Positions 27,105 through 39,365 of a stretch of DNA of 64,000 bases are shown here, in pieces. A model generated the notes under the pieces. That model was given only the letters and a program-made list of their open reading frames with translations, searched no databases and was not told the DNA's origin. The position numbers and the translations under genes were made by a program. Origin of the DNA: Psilocybe cubensis (lineage: Eukaryota); assembly GCA_017499595.2 (NCBI GenBank), contig CM039010.1, positions 1,550,001 to 1,614,000 of the forward strand, written 5' to 3'. Numbering within the stretch: position 1 is the stretch's first letter; each line of letters begins with the position of its first letter.

Positions 27105-29533
27105 ATCAGTAGCAAAGATATCTGGTAAACATCAAGAAGTTGGAACTTAACCCAGACAATGTACTAGAAAAGAAAAGAAAAGAGTGGGTACACACTGCGT
27201 TACGTTGAAGGTCACTTCACCCCAAGTGCGGCGTGTCCAGTGATCATCGATTAGATTTAAGCTCAGTTATAATTTATGAACCTTAATAAATCGAGTCAGC
27301 ATTGCACCTCTTCAATCAATTTCAATCTACATTTAAACATTGTTTCTTCTTCGATCGGCGAAAGCGTACATCCTACGTTAGAAGTATTCAGTGTGTTCTC
27401 AGGCACGTTCAATCTGCAGTCTTAATGAGATGATATAAACTGATGAACCATCGGCATTGTGCTGTCAATATAAACACTGCATAGACCTTCTCCGTCCAGC
27501 CTGCCTAAATGCTCTATACAGGATGCTCCAGCTGTGCGGTACCGAAGGAATGTTCTGATAATGACCCCGGATCTTGCTCGCTGCTTGACGGACAACCGTG
27601 CTCTCCATGCCGGGAAATGGCCCTTTTAGAGGCACTTATTGGCAAGGCACAGAAGGACCTTCACGAATTGCTAAATCGACATCGAGCATTGCGTGAGAGT
27701 AAAAACATGGTGCACGAGCCGATAATACACCAACTTCCTCCTGAGGTTTCAGCCATGATATTCCAGTTAGCACTCCCAAACCCGCGCAAAGGTAGTCGTC
27801 CGGGTTTGCAAGTGACAAGACCAGTCACAACCCCATTCACTTTTGGCGCTGTGTGCAAAACCTGGAGAAATGTCGCCTGGAGCTCTCCCTATTTATGGAG
27901 TCAAATTCCAATCAACATAGGCCCAATTATCGAAAATAACACCTCCTATTTCGATGTCGTTAAAGGTTGGTTCGACAGGACGGGAGGACTGCCTCTGACA
28001 ATCTACGTGTACTCAAAGCGACAAGTTTCTGACCAAACTCGCTTCCTGTCTTACCATGCTCATGCCACCTCTCATGACCTCAAACCCCTTGCGACTCTCA
28101 TTAATAAACACCTTTACCAATGTCGCGAGTTGGAAATCGATTGTTCGGGGACAGTGTTACCTCACCTGCGCGGAAATGCCCCCATCCTTCAGAATCTGAG
28201 AATCATATCCGACGTTCACTGGAGTCAGCACCAGATTAGTGATGCCAGTCGGTATGCTGACCTCATTCACTTCGACAACACGGATCTTCAAAATATTCGC
28301 GTTTCTCTTCATAGATGTCCTTTAAAAGCCCTTTCGGTTAATTCGGAAGCTATCACTCACTTCGAAGGGGCTTTTACATCTATACAGGAGTTTTTGGAGA
28401 TATTGGATGCCGCCCCACAACTGGTCGAATGCTCGTGGAATCTGATCGAACCTTCTCGTGCTCACACATCCGTTGTAAAAGCACACCAAACGATAAAATC
28501 ATTCAAATTGAAGTGCAGCACCCATGAGATGGAAAAAATATTTTCGTCATTGGCACTTCCAGTTTTATCTCATTTGGAACTGGATACCAGGCGTACCATT
28601 CTACCTCATGCACAAATTCACTTACTTTTGAAAACATCCACGTGCAATCTCACATCTTTGACCTTAAAAAACATTCAAAGCGACGGGGAAGATATCATAG
28701 CTGCGCTGAAAGCTATGCCCTCAATCCGTAAATTGGAACTCTTGGGAAGCGATTTTACAGATTACGAACCAGAAGTCTTGTTCATTTACTTGGGCGCAAC
28801 GACTGTTCCACAAGATGACCAAGAGCCCTTTCTTCCAGATCTACAAGACCTTACTATTGAATTCTATGCCGATACCGGCTTTCCTTGGACCCATATACCA
28901 GTGATATTTGGCACAACGTCTGATATGATTCACCCGCGTAGGCGCCCGCTTAAATCACTACATATCATCCATAAGTGGTCTTTAGGAAACCATTGGGCTA
29001 GACAGATCCCTGCAAAATCTAGAATAAAGGAAACCGTGAGTAACGATATCGACAAAAGCATTACAATACAACTGCTTCAGATCGCGGCGGCTGGAGTAAC
29101 GCTCGACTTCCGCGATGTGTACTACGACCTCGACCTTCTTCTGATTTCCATGGAACGATATGCCATAGACGTACCGAGTTGGTATAATAGCAAGGTCGGC
29201 ATATAGGTTCTCCTGTCTTTTCAGTTTGTCATTCATATAATTTATACGACAGGAGCGAGTCCGTACAGAACATGATGTAGATTATGAAACAGATTCTGCG
29301 GCGTCGGAGGGTTCTGCAGTCGTAAGTTTTTCACTACATGCGCTTCGAATTAATATTGATATGTCATTAGGAGACAGATGAAGATGCAGGTTCTTATGAA
29401 ACACTGTCGACTGAAGACAGTGACGAGGACGACGTTGCGTCGAATCTCTCTGAGTTATCATATGATCCCGAGTATGACCTGCCTGTCCGGGTCACGGGAG
29501 AGACCACCGACTTAGTGTACGAACCCCCTTTAG
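27105..29533 (+). repeat. Right arm of ~2.4-kb inverted duplication (partner 19166-21589)
   Basis: Direct comparison with the left arm; non-coding parts are nearly identical. End points are approximate. Confidence 0.92.
27509..29206 (+). CDS. F-box-like protein with degenerate LRR/RNI-like C-terminus, copy B (full length)
   Basis: Intronless 565-aa ORF; IHQLPPEVSAMIFQLAL...FGAVCKTWRNVAWSSPYLWSQI; paralog of 19605-21194. Confidence 0.88.
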   Translation: MLYTGCSSCAVPKECSDNDPGSCSLLDGQPCSPCREMALLEALIGKAQKDLHELLNRHRALRESKNMVHEPIIHQLPPEVSAMIFQLALPNPRKGSRPGLQVTRPVTTPFTFGAVCKTWRNVAWSSPYLWSQIPINIGPIIENNTSYFDVVKGWFDRTGGLPLTIYVYSKRQVSDQTRFLSYHAHATSHDLKPLATLINKHLYQCRELEIDCSGTVLPHLRGNAPILQNLRIISDVHWSQHQISDASRYADLIHFDNTDLQNIRVSLHRCPLKALSVNSEAITHFEGAFTSIQEFLEILDAAPQLVECSWNLIEPSRAHTSVVKAHQTIKSFKLKCSTHEMEKIFSSLALPVLSHLELDTRRTILPHAQIHLLLKTSTCNLTSLTLKNIQSDGEDIIAALKAMPSIRKLELLGSDFTDYEPEVLFIYLGATTVPQDDQEPFLPDLQDLTIEFYADTGFPWTHIPVIFGTTSDMIHPRRRPLKSLHIIHKWSLGNHWARQIPAKSRIKETVSNDIDKSITIQLLQIAAAGVTLDFRDVYYDLDLLLISMERYAIDVPSWYNSKVGI

Positions 29534-29754
29534 AAGCCCCACGGAGGATGAGATTCCCAGAATAATAAAGTTCGTGTATGTATTTCGTTTTACATTATAG
29601 ATTATTGATAACGCTGAAGAGACTTCCATCATATCCAGAACCTTGGCATGGTTGGAAAACGACAAAGACTCAGTAACAGTACTCGTCATAAGTATTTCAT
29701 CTGATAATCTTCGGTTAGCTCATGTTGTTGTATATCGTAAACAAGAAAGTCGTA

Positions 29755-30159
29755 CTAAGAAAGGCAGACATCGGTTGAGCATCTGAAGGATTCCACTCCG
29801 TATCCGGTATTGATATTGCGGCAAACACCAGAATCGAGCCTGAAGGAAGTCCATTGGTCGAACCTCTCGTGTTGGCATCCAGCTTTGTTGTAAACGGTGA
29901 CACAGTTTCCAGGTCCACCACCGCTGATCTAATAGAGAGGGTTTCGGGTCAGCATATGCGACGATTTAAATGAGAATGAGCTATTGACCTTCAGAGAATG
30001 CCTTCCAGAGAATGAACGGCAGCTTCCATCGCAAGGCACGGTGTTGCCAACGTTGCCATTGCAAGTGTTTCCGCTGTAGGCGACGATGGTGGCCGCCTGA
30101 GCAGAAACAGAGAAGAGAAGGGCAACGGCGAGAGCGGAGAAGGACTTGTTGAAAAACAT
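29755..30159 (-). CDS. Small secreted cysteine-rich protein (~114 aa, 8 Cys, one intron)
   Basis: Signal peptide MFFNKSFSALAVALLFSVSAQA; spliced mature part ATIVAYSGNTCNGNVGNTVPCDGSCRSFSGRHSLK|ISGGGPGNCVTVYNKAGCQHERFDQWTSFRLDSGVCRNINTGYGVESFRCSTDVCLS*. Confidence 0.85.
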
Positions 30160-32314
30160 CTCTGGTGTGAGGATGAATATTGAAAGTAATACGAAGTTAA
30201 TAGTCTATTTATACCATTTCAAGTGGCACTTACCTTCTTCTGGACATTTGCTTGGGCTTTACAAATTTCCTCCGAAGCTCGCTCGATGTTAGATCCTTGA
30301 AACCCGGCTGCATACGCATGTCATAAAGCAAATATACAAGTTGATCGCAGATGAAGATTGACCACCTTCCTTTTACGGCAGTCAAATTACACTTTAACAT
30401 CTGGTAACAGAATTTATATGCTTTAAAGGCGTCAATTTATTGGGTTTTCAAGGGGTTATAGAAGAAAAAAGTCCTTCGACGCAGATTTGATCACTTAATC
30501 TTCCCGAGCTCAGCGCATTAACACTGGCAGACATGTTTATCAAGTTCTATGGTTCCACAAGCCATCCATTTCGTATGACGTCTAAAGCTTATGTATACGT
30601 ACATAGAGGCCGTGCGTTTCCTAATATATATCACGGTGCTCCATCATTCGATATGATCAAATGGTATCGCTTTCCCAGTATCTTCGATTTGCGCGGAAAG
30701 TACGTTCTCGTGATTTGTGCCTACACGGTAAGCGCCTAACTGTCGTATTCCAATAGTAAAAGGTACAGAATAACAGAAAGCCATACCCTAGAATATGAGG
30801 GCGAGCAGCAAGAATTGGTTTGATATCTAGTATGCTGTGAAACCAACTGCTCTTCTCGTATCTCATAGAGGCCGCATATGGTCGATTTTGTTATAGTAGG
30901 TGATGCAGTTGGTACTTGTTGTGTCGATAATCTACCAGGCAATATAACATATTAACATTCGTGCATATTGATGATTGACGTACATATATTGCTTCGGCCA
31001 GACTTTAGCGAGCACTGGAGAAAGGAAGGTAACTTCCGTAGAATTTGTCGCGTGAAAGCAATGTTAGCTATGCTACCGATGCAGTCGGTTCCGTTTCAAC
31101 TTCAACTGTCCGTAATGCAAAATTCGCAGTAAGTTAGTGGGAAAGAGTGAAGAAGACTCCTAGACATCAGGGTTTTTTAAGGTGTTGTCTGTCTTCATAC
31201 AGTAGATCTTGCCACAATAGATTGGCTTCGTTAAACTGTTAAAAGCATTTTAGATGAGACTTACCACAGGGTTACAACACCTGAATGAGATCAACACGAG
31301 ATCCAGAGAAATCAGTGTACCATCATACTTGATGACAATATTGCTGTTCTTTGCCGGTACAGCATCTTTCAAATGACTGCCAAGACCAAAACCTCTTCAT
31401 ATCTGATCACAAGCAGGGGCAGGTGCCGTAAACATGGAGTCGGAAGTTGACAGGGTTGGAGGTCGAATCTTCCCCGCTCAGCTATAACAATAACAACTTT
31501 AAGAGTTGGAGTTCTCTCTGATGCACGATCTGAACCGGTTTTTTGTTTCGCTGCAATATGATGGGCCTCCAGGCGCCCCTCACTTTCTTGTGCCTATCGG
31601 TCATCTTTGTCACTTCCACATGGGGACCGAGAGATATGATGTTTTGCTCACTGGTGAGTAGTCCTTCTCATAAATAATGACGGAAAACAAAGCCCTCAAC
31701 ATCAATTAATCCATCCCTGCACGTGCCACCTCCCGAATAACTTGATGCCCGAGTCATCCTGACTGAGAGCTGATGTTGAGCTGATGTGAATGCGCACAGG
31801 ACCTGGGTGGAGCAAGGCGACATAAACAAGAATGACATATGAAGCCTGAAGTTGGTCAAGTGCCTAGAAAGCTACGGCGTCTAAGACCCGAGAACAAGCA
31901 CAGTGAACAGATATTAGAACGCGATCTTCCAATTTGATATTGCAAATCATAATGACTGTGACCTACTGTGGCACACATGGATAATTTCTGGGAGCCCAGA
32001 GCATCCGCAGATTGCTATCACCTACATACCAGAATCCACATGAGGATGTTTTATGAGTATGTGTTTCGTATATCAAAGAACTAGACCTACCGTCGTTGAG
32101 AAAATCGCGGGTGGTCCCGCCGTGCCAATTCGATCAAAGAGTCACGCACCGGCAATTCCCGGGGTAAGCGAGACCAAGCAGGCTCAAACAACACGCGCTT
32201 TTCTCTTTGTCTCGACTGCTCGACGCGTTATCCCGAACGATCTTTTCTTAGTCGTCGGGTCAAGGCTTTGAGCTTTGAGGATAATCGCCTCGAAATCCAT
32301 ATCTTCTCTTGCCT

Positions 32315-33536
32315 ATGTCTGCGTCTAGCACACAAGTTGCTCAACCCAAATCATGTCCTCCAATCAATTTTACGGTACACGAATACGTGGACTCGGTGTG
32401 CCCCCGCCAGTCCCAACAATCGGTCTTGAAGCAAGGTTACGATAGTATACTCGCGCTTTATGATAAATCTATATGGAAATCTGTTAACCTCCATGCCCAG
32501 CAATACGAAGTGAAGACAAGTCAGTCGCTCTATTGCTCGTTGTCCTGCCTCTATCTCACAAGCGGACATTCAAGGCAATAGCTACGTGTTCAACATGGCA
32601 CCGCCAATGTCGTCAGTTCAGAATCGATCGCTGAAAGAATTGAAGGAATGGGGATCTGAGGTTACAGATGAAGAGATCTTCACTCTCGAAGCACTGGACG
32701 AATTCCGAAGTTCAGATTTTGGACAAGCCGGAAACTCACCGACGTCAACTTCCACCTTAGAAAAGAAGATCAATCAAAGGGCCACCGACACGTTTTCGGC
32801 AGAACTGGATGGTAAAGATAAACAATTCAAGTCCGGGTCACTATTTCGTGTCATTCCACAGGTGGGTTTCGTTAAGTCTTGTTGTTTGTTTTTGACTTGA
32901 CATTGTCACCAGCCTCACCTGTATCCAACGCCTTCGGACTCGAAGATACGAACAGTAAATACTGCATACACGAAATGCAAACCAATCTATCTCCCACCAT
33001 ACGTACCGGAAACATACCCAAAGGAATCCCGTGTTGCATGGGTAATCCCTTTGCGTGGATCACTTCGTTGGGAGAACTGCACTTCTGGGGAAGTCTTGGA
33101 TAATGTAGCAGTGCCATCTCCTGCTCAACTCGGAAGCAAGAATCAGATCTCGTGGACTACAGATGCCATCGTCAAATTTTGGGATTATCTCCTCATGTTG
33201 CGCCAAAAGGGCTCTTTGGGTCGTCTGGGTGTCTCTTTCCAGCCTTCGAAGAAACATAAGCATACGTCACAGATTTCTAAAACCTCCAACCCAGTCCTTA
33301 ACTCGTCAAAAATAACAGCAACTTCAATCAGTCGCCAACCATGCCGCGGGCAATGTGTAGTTGATTACATCAAAGTTTTCCAGGATGCGTTAGATGCCCC
33401 TTATGTTCGGCGTGCCATTGACGTCTTTCGTTATCAGTACACTCAGGAAAATGGAACAATGCAACATATTCGGTTGTTAAAAGGCTCCAGACTTGCTCTT
33501 GTGGACGAACTTTCTCAAGGAATACTGGTTCTTTGA
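32315..33536 (+). CDS. Hypothetical protein (multi-exon), family not recognised
   Basis: Consecutive + ORFs (32309, 32586, 33051) can be joined by short GT-AG introns; globular-looking C-terminus AWVIPLRG...ISWTTDAIVKFWDYL...DYIKVF...LALVDE. Confidence 0.65.
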
Positions 33537-33908
33537 CGTCGTGTGTCATTTCACTGGAAATCGACGTTGTTCATGCTACTGCCGTTGATGTCTATCCTGT
33601 CCCACATATGATCGTCAGGACATCTGTCGCTTCCAAATAATCGGGTCTTCACTGTCTGTGCCTCCGAATGTGTCGCTTCTATGCGCCGACAGCGTTCTTC
33701 TCACTGTTATGTCCTTCTTTCCCGGTCACAAGACGCTCCATTACCTATACCCCACATCAACACTACACCCAATGCTAGGGTACCTAAAAATAGGTCGCCG
33801 GTCATTTGGCCGACTCCAACCTCAGTTTAACTCTACAATCAATGCGCTACGTATAAGAAGGCTGTCAGTGACGAAACCGAAGATTGAATTCCCCCTTTCG
33901 TTCTTCCA

Positions 33909-36611
33909 ATGTCTTCATCACAGCATTCTCACTCTCCTGACGAAGTAGAGAAGATCAGCTCGCAGCACACGAATAGGGAAGGTACCTTACACCAGTCTGA
34001 ACTTGGGCCCAAGGCGCATCGCAAGCATTTCTTTTCTCCGCTTGATCCTGCATACGCCGAAGCCGTGAATCTGGATGCGGAATCAGTTGAATTCTCTGAA
34101 GATGAAGAGGTGAAAACACTTCCATATTGGCGCCACGATGCCCATCGCTGATAATTCTACGTCAATTTAGCGTGCTGTAAGAAGGAAAATTGATAACACT
34201 GTGTTACCCTTGGTCATATGTAGGTCCGTAAAATCAGATTCGTGCACGATTCCTGCGTCGTCAAGTTGCTCATCTGATATATCTGTCAGTTATGTTTGTA
34301 CGTCACCGCACACATTATGAAGTGGGAAATGAGAAAACTAAGCTGAAATTCAACTGGACTGTAGTCAATCAATTCGGTGAGATATTTACCCTCTCCAATT
34401 TAGCGCACAGCGATAAACTTGCGATCATCCTAGATAGGACAAATATGTTAGTGGAATCAAAAGTGTTGTTTGTCCCAATTCTCACCCACGTCAATGCCAA
34501 AAAGCGGAAATGCGCACGTCATCGACGCTTTCAACCGCAACTTCGTAAGCTGGACTCTTATTGGTTTCTCTTGTTTGTTTAAATCGTGTCAGGGAATTAC
34601 GGATAACAACAAATGGACTCTTGTTCTGAGCATCTTTTACGTAGGATATTGTGAGTGTGGAAGATGGTCGTCGGCTTTGTTTGGTATTGAACATGTCTAG
34701 GTCTGTTGGAAATGCCTGCTAACGGTATGGAATTATCCACAAGTTCATTGTTGATTATTACCTCGATGCTGATGCAACATAGTATTGCAACGACACATTG
34801 GAGCCAATCGTTTGTGAGGGATGCCGTCGCTTTGTCACTGTAATTGCCTCTAAATGAAAGATTTGTAGCTTCTTCCTTTCGTTGACCTTCTGGGGCCTCT
34901 CGTCTCTTTCGGTCGTTTATGCGAAAGGATATGGTGGCATCTTGGTCTTGAGGTGCGGGTCTTCTGATTCTTTGTTTGCTTGTACCGACTGTATTCTCAC
35001 AGGGTATTGATGGGTATTGGAGAAGCTGGGTACTATGCTGGAATGATTTACTACCTGTCATTTTGGTACAAACGGTGTGCTGTCTTTTCTAACCAAATGG
35101 TATGCTGGTATTAAACACACCCTTGATAAGGAACGAACTGGCGCTACGCATCAGGTTCGTTAACTTACTAACGTTTTAATGGACTTTCTTACACATCCGT
35201 AGCTTGTGTATGACTGGAACGCTTCCTGGTGCTATTGGGGTTCGTTGCAGTTTTTTTCCTTCTCTCTCCGATTTTTAATTTGCTGGTAAAGGGCCTACTT
35301 GCATTTGGATTAGTCCGCGCCCACACTTCTGTGCTCACTGGGTAAGTTATAATCCATTACCCACAACTGATAGTATATGGATCTGACGTGTAAACTGTCG
35401 AAGATGGCAGTTCTTGTTCCTCGTAGGCGTCGTCTATCCACTATATAACTACAATATTGACAATTGGTCAGGTAGAAGCTATTCCCACATTGATCATGGC
35501 TGTGATGATTCTTTTCTTCTTGCCATCTTTTCCCTTTTCCGCGGGTTTCCTTAGTCCCAGGGAAAGAGCTATTGCGCAGGCAAGGCTGAACAGGGACCAT
35601 AAGCCCCAGTCCCATGGAGGAATGAATGGTTGGAAGGGCTTTAAAGCCATAATTTCGGATATCAATGCGTGGCTTTTTATGCTCATTTATGCCAGCTGTG
35701 AGTGTCGTCGTCTTGGTCCAGACTCTTCAAGTTCAATGAATGATAAAAATAGTTAACGTTGGTGTTGCCACCGTATCCTACTTCTTGCCTACAGTAAGTT
35801 TTCTAACCTCATCTTATGACTGAAGCTGTAAACAGAACCTGTTTCTAGTTGATCAAGAACCTTGGCTTTTCATCCATCAACGCTCAAGGCCTCACTGTTG
35901 CCCCTTATGTCGTAGGGTGGTTCATGGTCTTCTTACAAGCACTACATAGCGATCGTACGCGAGAGAGAGGATATCATATCATGGCGTCTTGTGCAGTCTC
36001 TTTCATTGGCTACATCATCTTGGCCACTTCTGTCCAGAAAAGTGTTGGTGCTGCCTACTTTGCCCTATTTCTTGTGGTCGGAGGGAATTATAGTCTATTT
36101 CCGCTTGTTATGTAAGATTAACTATATCTTATCTGCCATGGATCGGTTTTCATTCACTAACTTCGTTAATTAGGAGCTGGGCAGCCAACGCATTTTCACC
36201 TACTTCCAAAAGAGGTGTAGGAACTGCTTTCATAGTCTCCATATCTAACTGCGTCTCGATGTGCGTTTTAGAGTGACATTTGACTATTCTGCGCATATAT
36301 AACTGACTCACTGTGCGCAGTGCTTCGCCTCAAATATACTTCGATCCGGAAGACTCTTTCAGGAAAGGGCACGCAATCTCCGCTGCGTAAGAGTTTTATT
36401 GGATCTTCTTCATGCATAACTAACAATGCGTTGAAGATGTTTGCTACTGGCGTTCCTTGCGACGGCCACTTTGAAAATACGGCTCAGCCTTCTCAACAAA
36501 CGTAATGCTCAACGGTTGTCCTCGTTGTCAAAGCAAGAAAAGGACAAAGTTCCTCAGTTAAGCGATGAAGAAATATGGGATAACGATCCTCGCTATGTGT
36601 TCATGACTTGA
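33909..36611 (+). CDS. MFS transporter, anion:cation symporter (allantoate/nicotinate permease-like), highly fragmented exons
   Basis: Spliced motifs VRRKID, FNQFDRTNIGNA, LSIFYVGY, EMPAN, FFLPSFP...FLSPRERAIA, GLTVAPY, SDRTRERG, WAANAFSPTSKRGVG, C-terminal DPRYVFMT*. Confidence 0.9.
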
Positions 36612-36873
36612 TATGTCAAATGCGTATACATTCTTCTCCGCGAACGTCGTAGGTGTTTGGCTGCGCTCGCTGATCATATGCCACCCTCTTGTACATGCTA
36701 GGACAATTGTAATGACCCACCGTATCCGGAAACTTAAAGTTCACCGTGTTGTGTGACTTACATCTTATCAACTTCTATATTTATAATCAGAGGGATTGCG
36801 GTATATAACCGGCTTTCTCGTCGTGGGGAGAAGTCAGTTCCTCCCTCCTTACTCGTTATTCTCGGCTTCAATC

Positions 36874-38560
36874 ATGTTCACATTGACTACAAAGACCAAA
36901 GAGACTCTGGACGCGATCCTTGTATGTTTGATACTATGGTATTCAGGCTTCAGAGTTGAAACTAAATATATCATCTTTGAATACTGTAACGTCGTGTAGG
37001 CGCAAGCAGTGGCTGATGGCAAGGTTCCAGGCGCTTCGATCGTGGTGGGAACACCAGACGAGGACATCTACTTTGGTGCTGCTGGGCATAAAGTATTGAA
37101 TGAACCCTCGTCCGGAGAGATTGACGAGGACACCGTTTTCTGGGTCTGCAGCCACACCAAACTTCTGACCACAGTACGAATAATCTCGTTGCTCGACGAT
37201 ACACTGATAAATCTTTCTCGCCTAGATTGCCGGCCTACAACTTATTGAATCAGGAAAGCTAGCCTACGAAACCCCGGTCGAAGATATAATCCCAGAGCTG
37301 AAAGACCCCGTCGTGGTTGATGACATTTCGTCGGAAACATCGGCATTCAGACCTGCAGAGAACAAAATTCTCATCAAGCATCTTCTCAATCATACGAGTG
37401 GTCTCTACTACTCTCAACTTGCGAAGGCTAGCGCAGATGACCTTACCCTGGGATATACATCCGCTCCATACAATGGCAATTTCTCCGTCGAGCAATTTTT
37501 TAAGATCATCAGAGTCTGTTCTTTTCAATTTTTGCGAACTGTTTTTCCACCGTGACTTATGTTCCTTTCGTTAGGAACGATTCCCATCCGTACCTTTGGC
37601 TTTTGAACCTGGCACTGGCTGTAAACATTACTTGAAAATTTTTTTACTCTCTTCTACAGTGCTCAATAACATTTAGGGAACTATGGCTGGGGTTGCGACA
37701 TACTTGGCTTCGTCATTGAGAGGACTACGGGTAAATCACTTCACGAATATTGGTGCGCGTCCATGCCCTTTTGCGTTGTCTCTCAGATTGTGACATCAAT
37801 TTACCCCACGACAGTAAGGAACATATCTTCGAACCTTTAGGAATGAAGTCCGGCTTTTACGTTACACCGGAGATGCGAGAGAAACGCGTCCATCTTACCT
37901 ACCGAAATAAAGAAGGAAAGTTGGAGCGATGGGCAAATCAACTGGGCACCATAGAGCCGGACCCCACGAAAGGTGAGTATAGCGAAAACTTGATAATTTT
38001 TGTTGAGACTTATATTAACTTTTGCAGCGCATTTCCTTCAAGGAGGTATCGGACTCTACACGACTTTGAAAGACTATCTCGCAATGCTTCGTCATCTTCT
38101 TCTCGTCAAGGGTAAATGCTTGTTATCTAGCCTGGTCATGTACTAACCATTAGCTATTGGGTAGAGGGACGCGCACAAAATCCTATTCTAAGTGTGGAGA
38201 CAGTTAACAGTCTCTTTGCACTGTCAATCCCCCAGTATTTGCATAAAAGTGTTGAATTATTCTCTACTTGGAAAAATGTAGGTTTTGGCATCGGTCTCTG
38301 CCTTGCCACAGAGGATTGGCCTGGTGGCAGAAGGAAAGGCTCTGGTTTCTGTGAGTTATGAGTGACTTGAAAGACTGAACATTTTCTCATTGCAAACAGG
38401 GTATGGGTGGGCGGGAACGTACTATTTCTTGGATCCAGAAACGGGTATTGCAGTGGTCTACGGGAGTCAGGTTCTCCCCACCCGCGATCCTGAAGTCGTA
38501 AAGTTGTGGGATCAGCTGGAAAAGGCTTTGTATGCCAACGCAGAGGAAACCGATGACTGA
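36874..38560 (+). CDS. Beta-lactamase/transpeptidase-fold serine hydrolase (EstB/LovD-like), multi-exon
   Basis: DTVFWVCSHTKLLT (SxxK), IKHLLNHTSGL, PLAFEPG, YGWGCDILG, HIFEPLGM, GWAGTYYFLDPETGIA; stop at 38560. Confidence 0.9.
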
Positions 38561-39365
38561 CTCGACTCGGCAGAGATACTACCGAGTCAGACCAAGTTTG
38601 TGATCGTCGATTTAATGTATTTTTATCTCAGAGTATGTTGACAGAATACGCCAATTGTACTGACATGGTCGATTGGTTATTTTTAATCTGGTGGCTTGAA
38701 GATACTGGATGTGATGTTGATGATATTGATAATGCATACTAGGTAACGTCTTTTTATATCATCAAGGTGTAGGATATGTTGGAGCATGTCGGTGTTGGTG
38801 ATCTACTCAACAGATAACCATTTAGCGTAGAATTCATGCGCTCTTCTGCCAAGAAACTGGACGCCTTTTATGTTTATTCAGGAGCCATACCGATAAGCCA
38901 AGAGCAAAGTTTAAACCGAAACAGGTGAAAACACAGAGAAACGGACAAATTTCGTCTTGGCATCTGCGGTTACCATCCAAGCTCACTGTCCCAAAGCTGG
39001 ACACGCGTCGAGGTGCTCTGGACATGAAGTTTTTAGAACTGTTAGAAGAAGAGAGAATACGATTAGTATAGCCTTACGCGTTTTCAGAAATCGTAATGAA
39101 TCAAATATGCAAGTTCTTGGAAAGTGGGGACCTGTATGTTATAGAGGCTGGGCATGTGCGTTGGGGCAACAGTCGAGTGATGTGCCTGATAAATACACAA
39201 GCAAAAAAGGACCAAAATGAGGGTTATAAATTCTCTGCATCGCGAGGTAACAGCGGTTCTTGTTTCTAACGTCCACCATCCTCCTACTAGTACACTGTAC
39301 TTGCTTTTCAGCAACCCCACTTTCCCTTAATCACACTTTCCTTTACGTTGATAATAACAGTTAAA

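Noticed and set aside
19166-29533. Whole 10.4-kb unit as a giant TIR / Pack-MULE-type transposon
   Set aside because: No target-site duplication at the outer ends (…cagtctag vs aagcccca…), the arms are ordinary genes with fading homology, and there is no transposase.
36874-38560. Horizontally acquired antibiotic-resistance beta-lactamase
   Set aside because: Many spliceosomal introns and motifs typical of the native fungal esterase family.
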